From assembly GCF_000195855.1 (NCBI RefSeq), contig NC_002677.1, positions 1,110,001 to 1,142,000 on the forward strand: DNA of 32,000 bases, read 5' to 3'. A program made the translations under genes and the position numbers. Of this stretch, positions 20,396 through 29,934 are shown in pieces. The notes beneath the pieces are model-generated. The model saw nothing but the letters and a program-made list of their open reading frames with translations, searched no databases and was not told the DNA's origin. Source of the DNA: Mycobacterium leprae TN (GTDB lineage: Bacteria; Actinomycetota; Actinomycetes; Mycobacteriales; Mycobacteriaceae). The stretch's first letter is position 1. The number at the start of each line of letters is the position of its first letter.

Positions 20396-23300
20396 TCGAT
20401 ACTGGCGCCGTGTGGTGCGGAACCAGCAGACCAGCTGCATCATTCAGGTTACCCTGCGCGCTTTGGACGTGACGGATTAGCTCGCCAGTGCTGCGGCAAT
20501 GGAGGTATTGTTGTTATTGAAGTCGATGATTCGACTAATGGTCGAGTCATCGACTAGTGTTCTAATTATGACGAGCCCGATATTGGACTACGAAACTGCA
20601 CGGTCTATTTTAGTTCGTTGGTGAGGTTCGCTGACGCACAAATGGTTATCTAATTCCAGCTTTTCCTTCGCATACGATAATAACAGAATACCTTGCAGTA
20701 CAACATAATTATGATATGTCCGAATCATATACACCAGCTGCGGTGTGCTCGATCTTATTTATTCCGTTAATACGGCTCTAACTGACTAGTCCGTGAGTGT
20801 TTGGTTCGTTCTGGTAATGTTGGACAGTGTCCTCCGAGGGCGGGCATGGTTAGAGCAATGAGCGTCTTCGGGGAACGGAGTCCGAACGTAATCCGGGGCA
20901 GTAGTCGAGTTTTGGTGTTGGTGAATGCGATCAGTCTTTTGGCGAGGTGGCATCGATGAACTTACGGTATCGAATTATGCGGTCGGCGAGTTCGACGAGT
21001 ACCAGGGTGCGGCAGTGCCTCATCCTGGAGATCCACCGATCCAGGGCTTGCTTTCCTCCCTTACTCTTGACCGAAAAAACGTGGAGTAGAACCTGGCGAA
21101 CTCGATCTCCTCGATCCCTGTCCCTTAGCAGTCCATGATATAACCGTACTGTTGTTGTTCGCTTCTATGTTTCCTGATCGTCGATAATCCCAAAAAACTC
21201 AAGCAACAACGACATGCTCCCTATCGGGACAAAAATCCATCCATGGCAACGTCACAAGAGCAACAAATTTTTTTAAGTTTTATCAATCGGAACATCTGTG
21301 CCGCGCACTGGCGACGTTTACGGTGATGTTCGTCGTGACCAACCTTGCCTACTTCTCCTACGACACCGGCTTTGCCCTTATCAAGTGCGCCAGGACTGCC
21401 GCTTCGATGGTCTGTCCACTACCGACCTCGAGTCCAAAGTCTATTATCCACAAGGGTGTCCAATATCAATGGCAAAATCGGTACTTGGTGGAAATTTGGT
21501 CAACTTCGATGGGTGCCTAACCGAACGGGTGCTTGACGGGGCAACTACCAGTCGAAGCTGGTGCCGGCGGGCACTGTGGGGAAGTGTCGTGAGTGGAGCC
21601 ATGCGGCATCGTCATCACCGACATTGCATGGGCTTGGCCTTGTTTCAGGAACCCATAATGTACAAACAAGGCTCACGTGTCGTGGTTGTTATACCTTCGC
21701 CGATTCAAATTTGGCAGCGCTTCAATCTAAGATTATTACTACAGTTGATTGTTCATTGTTGATTGTCATACCGATGAACATTACTGTTATTAGTCACCCT
21801 TGGTCATGTCTATGGGCAGAGCGATTGAGGTGGTTGTCGAGCCGCCCATGTGTTTGTGCACAAAGCAAGGATGTCCGCTGCCGGCATGCTGGAAGAGAAA
21901 CCCAATGGACCTGTGTGAGAGTATGTTCGTAACCGTTCGTACCCGTGTGGCTTACCTAAGTCCTGCGGTCGTTGATGCAGACCGCATGAGTGCCGCGATC
22001 GGTAATGCTGGCCATCTGATTGGCACATTGTTGGCAGATCTAGGATACAAGTGGTGAGGAAAATCTACTGCACAAGGATTGGATCGGCTCATTGCTAGCG
22101 TTTGCGATCACATCCGGAGATCGATTCCAGGAAGCAGAAACCTGTTGATGGAAAATACCTTTAACGAAATATACTCTCCGAAAACCAGAAAATCGTTTTT
22201 CATCTGGAAGCGGATAGATGCCAACTGCCTATGGATAGCCCTAGCGGCGCTGCTGTCGTTGTGCACTGTGCGATATTAGGTCAAAGCTTCTGAACGAAAT
22301 TTGAAGAATAAAGTGCGGATATCATATTGAGTGGTGTTTTGATAGCCGGTTGGAGTAGGCGGAGTTTAGCGTACTGTAGTAGGGTTAGGTTTCTCGGGGT
22401 AGATCTGCGCGGTACGAACTTCACCAATAAGAATCTGAACGGAGTAGTAGCCTTGGTCCCCAATATCAATCCTCAGATGTAACTGTGTGGTGCATATAGG
22501 TCGATTTTAGTACGAATTTGGGAAATTGGTGCAGCCCCAAAGCGTGGTGTGTTCGCACTCCAGCTGTGCCGGCCAAATTAGCTGCGTTGAGATCGCCACC
22601 GAAATACCACGGAATTCAAGAGATTCGTTGGTGAGTTTGGAACCATAGTTGGGATCGGTGACTAGCGACTCCGGACGAGTACGTTCCCGTGTGGGCGGAA
22701 CCATGCGTTAATGTTGGTGTTTTGCTGATTGTCGTGTCACGTGCTTGTGCTCGTTGATGTAAGAAAGACGCTGGCCGAACGGTAGCAGTGTTGTCTCGCG
22801 TTGAGAATTGGACACAGCTGCAGGATGGCCAATTCGAAGAGCGGATTACCGCCGTGACCTGTTTGGATAGGCAAGCGTTCGAAATCCACGCCGCATTCAC
22901 GCAGTGTACTTCTACTCGAACATGGGTAAGGTGACAGTTTAGCGGTAACGTTTGTCAACGCGTGTAACACTGCCGCTTGTTCTGTTGAATTGAAGCGGTC
23001 TTCGCTGATTCCGATCCAACTCAGCACGGCGGTTTTGTCGGTGGAGTGAGACTGTCTTACACCGATGCGATCCATTTAGTACTGCTCAAAATCCTATCGC
23101 CCGAGTCTCAATTAACTTAGGACGCTTCGCGAAGCGGTGGGCTCTATGGAATGCGAGGCCAGTCCTCAGGGTTGCGGGTGATGTTTGTGGCGCGCCGATA
23201 AGTGTGAGCGAAGACGGGATCTAGGGTGAGCGCCGTCAACGTCCGGTTGATGGCTCCGGCGCTTCCGTCGGACAGTACTTGGGAACACTCGGGCCAACAC

Positions 23301-23759
23301 GGCATCCCAGGTGCCCGTCGGCATACTGGCTACAATGGCACGCCAAATATAATCTTGCACAGGTCGAATATTTTGGAGACATCCGGCCAGACGATCCCAC
23401 ACTGGTATCGATACGTGATTCCCACGACAACGTGGCGGTTATCACTAACCAGCTTGTATCACCCTTCCCTAGTACGGGTCGTTGCGTTATCTCACCCCGA
23501 GAGGTGTGTAACGACTGTGACTGCTCACAGTTAGGAGACAAACCCGGGAGTGCTTTAACGTAAGTTATCGCAGTCTAAAGAAGAGATTAAACACATTGTC
23601 GCCTTGAAGCCATCGGAGCGCATTTATTGCTCCTGAACGCCCACGTAAAGCGATTTGTTATCCTATTTGAAAATGCCCGCGGGAGATGATTAGGGGATGG
23701 AGTTGTCATTGGCGGTGCGTCGGTAGGTGGCTGCGCTAAACCGATGGTTCCATCACTGG

Positions 23760-24793
23760 CCTGATGAATGCAACAGCTAGTCGGGCACGTCAATGCGCCA
23801 GGATGTTCACCAACTGCACAAATACTCTGGGCAGTAACGCGCATGTCGGCACTGGGGCAAGGCACGTCATGCGTGGTGTGATGGCCACCACGAGTGTGCG
23901 GATAAGCAACCGGTAGTCTTGGGCAACCCGGTGCCACAAAGCCTAATACGACGGCGGTGCCTCGTCGACGATGACGCGGACCGCGGCGCCGGCGTGCTTA
24001 ACGGCGAGGTTGACACCCTCGCCTGTCAGAACGACCTCGTATACGGTCCGTTGCCCACCAACAGGATCTGTTCGGTGACATGGAGCGAGACAACCTGTAG
24101 CTGCGGCCCGCATCCGAGTGCTTGCCAGCGGCGTAAGTCGCGTAGATAGCGCGTTAGTCACGGGAACGAGTCAAGCTCCGGTTTGTTAAGCGACAGGATT
24201 GCGACGCCGACGATGTTCGGCTCGACCGGTGTCACGTACGCCTCACCTCCAACGGGATCAATGCTTTTCGATGAATTTCGACTACGCCAGCATCTGGTAA
24301 AGTAACGTCAGCGCACGCCATAAAGCAGCGGCGTTTGGGGCGTCGTTCTGATTTTCACTGCATGCCCGACCAGTGAATGTGAATGCAGCCACCAACCATT
24401 TGGGGTGGACACCTGGGATAGTTATGCCATGCTGGTCTTGCTGGACAGTGGGTTACCTGCGCTCGGATCGATTGTTCTTTGGTGCGTGCCGCCAGCACGG
24501 CGTGCAACGTGGTGCGATGCACGCTCTGGCCCGGTGCGAAACCGTGTCTGCACCCGACGGTAGTCGCTCATACAGGCGCTTCTCTGCAGCGGTATGCCGG
24601 CCGGGTCGACGTCGAGTGCTGTAAGTTCGACCAGGCCTTCGGGCATCAGCTCCTCGCCGCAGGCCTTATCGATGGGATTCTCGTGCGGCTCGGCTGCGAT
24701 CACCGAAAGGCCCTTGTTTTGCCGAGCGTTTAATGCCCGTGGCTAGGCTTTCTGGGCTGCCGCAGACGATCAACAGGTTGGTGTCAAGGTCAT
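23760..24793 (-). pseudogene. FAD-dependent oxidoreductase (geranylgeranyl-reductase / aromatic hydroxylase type) pseudogene; third gene of the decayed PKS operon
   Basis: On the minus strand, ATG at 24793-24791 overlaps the ICMT-like TGA (ATGA). After an immediate frameshift the sequence reads LDTNLLIVCGSPESLATGIKRSAKQG, a decayed dvlIVGaGPAGlatA dinucleotide fold. It continues SVIAAEPHENPIDKACGEELMPEGLVELTALDV, comparable to the ER...P.DK.CGG.L.P motif. The 3' end is poorly defined and the frame is broken repeatedly. Confidence 0.4.
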
Positions 24794-25283
24794 GTGTAGC
24801 CTGATGCGGAGTTTTCCATCAAGATTCGCACGCTCAACAACAGCGCGTTAGCCGTTGTGAAACCGAGCACCGTCAGTCACACGGTGTGCACTAGCGGCAA
24901 TGCCAAACCCTCGGCCACTACTGCAACATAGTTCGGATTGTGCAGCCATCGGTAGAGACTGAGTCGTACCAACGGGGCATTCGGTAACACGATCGCCCGA
25001 ATCTTTCACCACCGACCCAGCGTCGTGATACCCTCACCAGGGCAACACCTGGCTTAGCCCTACGACGACGCAGCATAGGTCAGCCGAGCCACCCGACGAA
25101 CGTTCGGTGTAGGGTCCACGATTCGCCGACACAACCGAGCGGTAGGTTAGTGGCCAGGACGACTATGACCGGACAGTACGAGCGTCTAAACTTCCTGTCG
25201 CCGTTGGTAAAGTCCGATCGCGCGTTCCGTTTGGCTACGGTCAGCTCGCCCAGCCGGTCAACATCTACCGCCAGGATCAGCAA
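24790..25283 (-). pseudogene. isoprenylcysteine carboxyl methyltransferase (ICMT)-family membrane methyltransferase pseudogene (Rv1139c-like)
   Basis: Minus-strand LLILAVDVDRLGELTVAKRNAR... (ORF 25080..25283) and SLYRWLHNPNYVAVVAEGLALPLVHTV*LTVLGFTTANALLLSVRILMENSA. The latter matches the ICMT family signature GPYRWxRHPNYxxVxxExxxLPL. There is an in-frame TGA where Trp is expected, plus a frameshift between the two parts. Confidence 0.7.
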
Positions 25284-25306
25284 GTAATATCAAGTGATAT
25301 ATAGCG

Positions 25307-26376
25307 TTACCAGCAGAGCAGGACCAGTTCGGCGGAGAAGCCCGGGCCCAGGGTTATCGGTCGGCCTGATCGACCCGGTGTTGGTGGATCGTCCACGGCG
25401 CTGTTGAGCATGTCAAGTACCGATACCTATGACAGGTTTCCGTTGTCAGGCAATGAGTTCCTGGTGCGGTCGAGGGCATCTTCCGGCATGTCCAAGACGT
25501 CTGCGACGGCGTTAATCATCTTTGTGCCAGCGGCGTCCAACAGCCACATTGAGACGTCCGCTGTGGTCAGCCCATAGTTGGCAAGGAAACTACGGACGTC
25601 GTTGCCCAGGTATTTTTCGACGATGGTTGAGATCTCGACGGATAGGACGATCTGACACCTGTTACTGCCGATATCTCAGCCAACACGTCTTCGGTGTCCG
25701 GGTAGTTCCGGCTGTGGGTAGCCAACAGCTTTGGTCCGATCTGTACCTGGTCGGTTCCGGTAGTGATGACGACGCCAGTTCCGTCATCAAAAGGCTGGCG
25801 GCGAAGATATTGGCCATAGAATGGCCGTTGCGCTGAACGGTCAGTGAACCCAGTTCGACCGTTAGCCAGGCGGCCTCACTGGTCGGGGAAGCCGTGCAGG
25901 TAGTCATGCATGGACGTGCGCCAGTATGGCTGTGTTGGCGACACAGACCAAACCGAACAGCGGCACATGTTTTACATCCTGGCGTAGTCCTACCTGCGTG
26001 GCTAGCTGCTCTTCCAACGACGGAACAGTAAGTTCGGTAACTGTTGTCGAAAAGACGATATCGACCTACGACGGCCGAATCTTGGTTTGGTTAAGCGCCG
26101 CGAGCAGCGCCTACTCTGCTAGATGGCAGGCGATTCTGAGAAAGACATCGTTTGCCTCGGTGAGGCTGCTTAGCTGACTGTACTGCGACAGCGGCAGCAT
26201 GGTGTTTAGGAACTGGCTCCGCTGCTGAGAGCAAAGCGGTGAAATTCCGGACCGGCGAACTCGGTCGGTGCACTGATGGCTTCGTCCTGTGTGTACCGGT
26301 TGGGTGGGAATTGCACGGCAACACCCGCAATGGACGTATCTGCGATGGCTGTCGGTGTTTTCAAAGTTAGATGCAT
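25307..26376 (-). pseudogene. type III polyketide synthase (chalcone synthase-like) pseudogene
   Basis: Minus-strand ATG is at 26376. Fragments in family order are IAGVAVQFPPNRYTQDEAISAPTEFAGPEFHRFA, SLTEANDVFLRIA, ALNQTKIRPS*VDIVFSTTVTELTVPSLEEQLATQVGLRQDVKHVPLFGLVCVANTAIL (catalytic Cys region, in-frame TAG) and GPGFSAELVLLCW* (stop at 25307-25309). The order matches mycobacterial Pks10/11/18-type enzymes. Several frameshifts are present. Confidence 0.75.
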
Positions 26377-26829
26377 CGAATCCCCAGTAGTCTGATTTAT
26401 ACAGGCAGTCACGTTGGCATGGTTGGAAGGGTTCAAAACGGTAGGCGTGTTGTATATCGTCCACCGCAACGCACTGAGCCGACACGTTCCCACGATTGGC
26501 TCTATTCGACTGTACTGTGGATCTTTCGATTAGGTTGGGTGCTGTGCGGATTCTGCTGACCGATGCCACCGGCAATGTGAGTTTACGCTTGGTCACGATG
26601 CTGCTTACAGGCCGTCGCTAGGGGCCGGCAGTCACCCGAAAACCGGTTTTTCTCAAATCTTTTCTGCTGGTACAATCTCGTCATCCTGGTCATTTCTGAC
26701 GAGTTTGATCATGCTTTGACGCGGGCACCGTCTTCTATTGCAGAAGACACCACGGGCCATCTATCTAGGTGGATTCGTGTCCAATAATGACGTGTTGTCC
26801 GGTCTTGATCGTTTAGCTGAACGTGTTGC

Positions 26830-27344
26830 GCATCCGGGAATTAGCATTGGGGTTGGGTGCAAATTCTTTTCGGCCCGATCGCCGGTGCGATGAGTACTGG
26901 GCGAATTGAGCTTCTATTGGCTGACATTGATACTCACGGTTGTGTGGATCACCGGTGCGGTTCGTTTTGGGTTCGCTTCATCTCGGTGGCATTTTCTTGC
27001 TGGGCGGACTGGTCGGACGGCGGACTCCGGGTGTTTCGTGCTTGATCGTCCGCGTGCTGCAGTTCGTCGACCACGGATCGTTTTTGCTGATCGTGCTGAT
27101 CACCGTGATTAACGCTATAGCCGAGGAGATGTTTTTCCGCGGCGTACTCTACACCCCGTTGGGCCGCCACCGGCCGGTGCCGCTTTCGACTATCCTGTAC
27201 CCAGGTGTGATCATGTCCGGCCGTAACCTGATGCTCACCGGCGCGGCGATCGTTTTCGAGACTGTATGTGCGTTATGTGCGTTGGAGCGCTGAGCGACTG
27301 GTGGGGTGCTGGCAGCGATCCTGGCCCACGTCGTGTGTGTCTGA
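26830..27344 (+). pseudogene. CPBP-family (CAAX/Abi) intramembrane metalloprotease pseudogene
   Basis: ORF 26940..27293 contains the EExxFRG motif (INAIAEEMFFRGVLY). After an in-frame TGA at 27291-27293 the frame continues ATGGVLAAILAHVVCV*, which carries the second conserved His motif. The N-terminal hydrophobic segments lie in other frames. Confidence 0.55.
27266..27283. repeat. perfect 9-bp tandem duplication (atgtgcgtt x2)
   Basis: Read directly: gt-atgtgcgtt-atgtgcgtt-ggagcgcTGA. It encodes CAL-CAL immediately before the premature stop of the CPBP pseudogene. Confidence 0.9.
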
Positions 27345-27504
27345 TCAGGGTTTCTCAGGTTTTCCCGTTATTCGCTATCTAATTCTTTAGCAGCAGGAAG
27401 ACCGGGTGCAGAGCCGTCAACGGTGGCTGCGAAGATGCCAACGACCGGATTGTTCGTTTCGGCATGGGTCGTCGGCGTTCGGGTGGACGAAAGGTCGGTC
27501 GATC

Positions 27505-28604
27505 ATGGCGGCTACGTTGAACGGGCCTCTGAGTGGGCTGCGTGTTGTTGAGCTGGCCGGCATCGGGCCGGGTCCACACGCTGCGATGATCTTGGGGGAC
27601 CTCGGTGCTGATGTGGTACGCGTCGATCGACCAACCAAGAGCGGTGGCGGTGTCGTTAAGGACGCAATGCTGCGCAACCGGCGCGTGGTGACCGCCGACC
27701 TCAAATCCGACGCGGGACGCGAGCTGGTGCTCACACTCGTCGCCAGAGCCGACGCGTTGATCGAGGGTTATCGCCCCGGCGTCACCGAAAGACTTGGCCT
27801 AGGCCCTGAGCACTGTGCCGAGGTTAACGACCGACTGGTCTACGCCCGGATGACTGGCTGGGGACAAACCGGCCCCCGCAGTCAGCAGGCCGGTCATGAC
27901 ATAAATTACATTTCTTTGAACGGTGTCCTGCACGCCATCGGCCGGGTCAATGAGCGACCGGTTCCCACACTGAATTTGGTGGGTGACTTTGGAGGCGGCT
28001 CGATGTTTTTGTTGGTCGGTATTCTGGCGGCACTGTGGGAGCGGCAGACTTCCGGCAAAGGTCAGGTCGTTGACGCCGCGATGGTCGACGGCTCCAGCGT
28101 GCTAGGGCAAATGATGTGGGCGATGCGCGCGTCGGGCATGTGGTCCGACACTGGTGGCACCAACATGCTCGACGGTGGCGCGCCCTACTACGATGCTTAT
28201 GAGTGCGCTGATGGCGGCTATGTCGCCGTCGGCGCCATCGGTCGCAGTTTTACGCGGCCATGTTAACCGGGCTGGGTCTAGATGTCGCTGAGCTGCCGCC
28301 GCAAAACGACCTCGCCCGCTGGCCCGAACTGCGGGCACGTTTGACTGCGGCGTTCGCTAGTCACGACCGCGATCATTGGGCCAGGGTGTTCGCTGGTTCT
28401 GACGCCTGTGTGACTCCGGTGCTGGCGTTTGACGAGGTGCACACTGAAGCGCATATCACCGAGCGGTGCACCTTCTATGAGGTGGACGGCGGTCTGCAGC
28501 CGATGCCCGCACCACGGTTTTCCCGCACCACGCCGGACCGACCCCGTTCTCCGGCTGCATCGGTGGCCGACATCGAAGCGGTACTCAATAGTTGGGACGA
28601 TTAG
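27505..28604 (+). pseudogene. mcr: alpha-methylacyl-CoA racemase (family III CoA-transferase, Mcr/Rv1143-like) with a single frameshift
   Basis: [43 protein letters not shown]... is near-identical in pattern to mycobacterial Mcr. ORF 27406..28266 and ORF 28260..28604 are contiguous homologous halves. The frame changes within gccatcggtcgcagttttacgcggccatg (about 28235-28262): [14 protein letters not shown] versus (x)[14 protein letters not shown], consistent with a 1-nt deletion. No other lesion is seen. Confidence 0.85.
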
Positions 28605-28615
28605 GGAGGGTTCTC

Positions 28616-29421
28616 ATGGAGATAGGGACGCGAGCCTAGCAGTCGCCAGCAGTGCATAGTACCTGAGCCTGGCAGCTACCAGGCGGCTGTTGGATTCCGG
28701 AGTTCAGGTCCTCCGTGCTGGACATCAAAGGTGACGAGGTAGTTCGCGAACTCGGTGGTAGTGTGCATTTCGCGCTGGTCGACGTCACCCACGTCTCCGT
28801 CGTGTCCAGAGCGCTGGACACGACGGAGACGTGGGTCCGCTGTGCATCGTGATCAATTGCGTTGGCACCGGCGACGCTGTCCAGGTGCTGAGCCGCGACG
28901 GTGTGTTCCCATGAAATCCCTTGCGCAAGAGTCATCGACATCAACCTTGCCGGCACCTTCAACGTGCTGAGGTTAGGCGCCGATCGGATTGCCGAGACCG
29001 AACTCATCGGCTCAGATGGGGAGGAACGAGGGCGTTATTAATAATTATTAATAACGATTAATAATTATTAATAACGCCCTCGTTGGCGGCGTTCGACGGC
29101 CAGATTGGCCAAGTTTCCTACTCTGCATCCAAAGGGGGTGTGATGGCCAGGACTCTGCCGATCGCACAGGATCGGGCTAGCTACCGCATCCGGATGGTCA
29201 CGATAGCACCCGACCCTGTTTAACAGCCGCTGCTAGCTTTCTTGTCGGAGGAGGCCAAGGTGTCGTTAGGTAAGAGGTGCTGTATTCGCATTCGCCACGA
29301 CTAGGCAACTTGGAGCAACTTGGATGCGTATGGGCATTCGCCGTGCACATCGGCGAAAACCGAATGTTCAACGGACAGGTCTATCCGTCTGGGCGCCGTC
29401 ATCGGCATAGCACCACGTTGA
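28616..29421 (+). pseudogene. short-chain dehydrogenase/reductase (Rv1144-like) pseudogene
   Basis: ATG at 28616 follows GGGAGGG. Fragments in different frames are [90 protein letters not shown] (the YxxxK catalytic region), IRMVTIAP and ...IRLGAVIGIAPR* (TGA at 29419-29421). The gene is interrupted by the AT-rich palindrome at 29025-29084 and by other lesions. Confidence 0.8.
29025..29084. repeat. 60-bp palindrome (28-bp perfect arms, 4-nt centre) containing a perfect 20-bp tandem duplication and three copies of ttattaataa
   Basis: The sequence is aacgagggcgttattaataattattaat-aacg-attaataattattaataacgccctcgtt. Every arm pair was checked by hand. attaataattattaataacg occurs at 29037-29056 and again at 29057-29076. 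ttattaataa occurs at 29035, 29045 and 29065. TAA stops are present in the reading frame. Confidence 0.97.
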
Positions 29422-29448
29422 GCCATCCCGGGCTTCAGACCAGACAAA

Positions 29449-29483
29449 GAAGTCAGCCCCTAGCACTGTGAAGGGCTGACTTC
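29449..29483 (+). terminator. stem-loop downstream of the SDR pseudogene (possible relic terminator)
   Basis: gaagtcagccc (29449-29459) pairs with gggctgacttc (29473-29483), with a 13-nt loop, about 30 nt after the SDR stop. There is no T-tract. The large loop makes this a weak call. Confidence 0.3.
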
Positions 29484-29934
29484 GGATACAGGAACTAAAA
29501 GGACTTACCGGCGAAACCATCGGATGGTAGCGGGTTTGGCCATGAGTAGCCATGCGAGCATGTTCATAAGCTTCGGTCAGCTTGCAGTAGGCAGCGGAGG
29601 CCAGTCTGCGAACTGTTCTGAGGTATCGCCTTCCACCAGCATGTCGCCGTGGTAGAGGGCCTCAAAGTCAACCTTGATGCCGTCCGCACCGGAGTCGTTA
29701 ATCCACATGGCCCTTAGCCTATGAGTTGCCATTAAGGAATCTTTGAGTCACGATTCGGAAAATGTTGGCAATTCTTACCCGCGGGTAGGTTAATGCGGGC
29801 GTTGGGCGCTTAGTCTGTCCGCTGGCAGCGCCTGTGCCGAGATCGGCGGCGTGGTGAATCATCCCAGCATCCGGATCCGTGCCTGGGACAGGTGTTGTTA
29901 GGGTGTCTGTAACTTACCATTGAGTAAGTTATCC

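Noticed and set aside
20036-20443. ORFs 20036..20389 (+), 20044..20361 (-) and 20093..20443 (-) upstream of metE
   Set aside because: This interval is occupied by the cobalamin riboswitch and its expression platform. The translations have no protein-like features.
23123-23136. 14-bp perfect palindrome cgcttcgcgaagcg
   Set aside because: Seven complementary pairs are expected about twice by chance in 32 kb. There is no supporting context.
26111-26596. 161-aa minus-strand ORF upstream of and overlapping the type III PKS start
   Set aside because: It is an out-of-frame read-through across the PKS 5' region. The PKS-like peptide (IAGVAVQFPPNRYTQDE...) is in a different frame (ORF 26206..26493).
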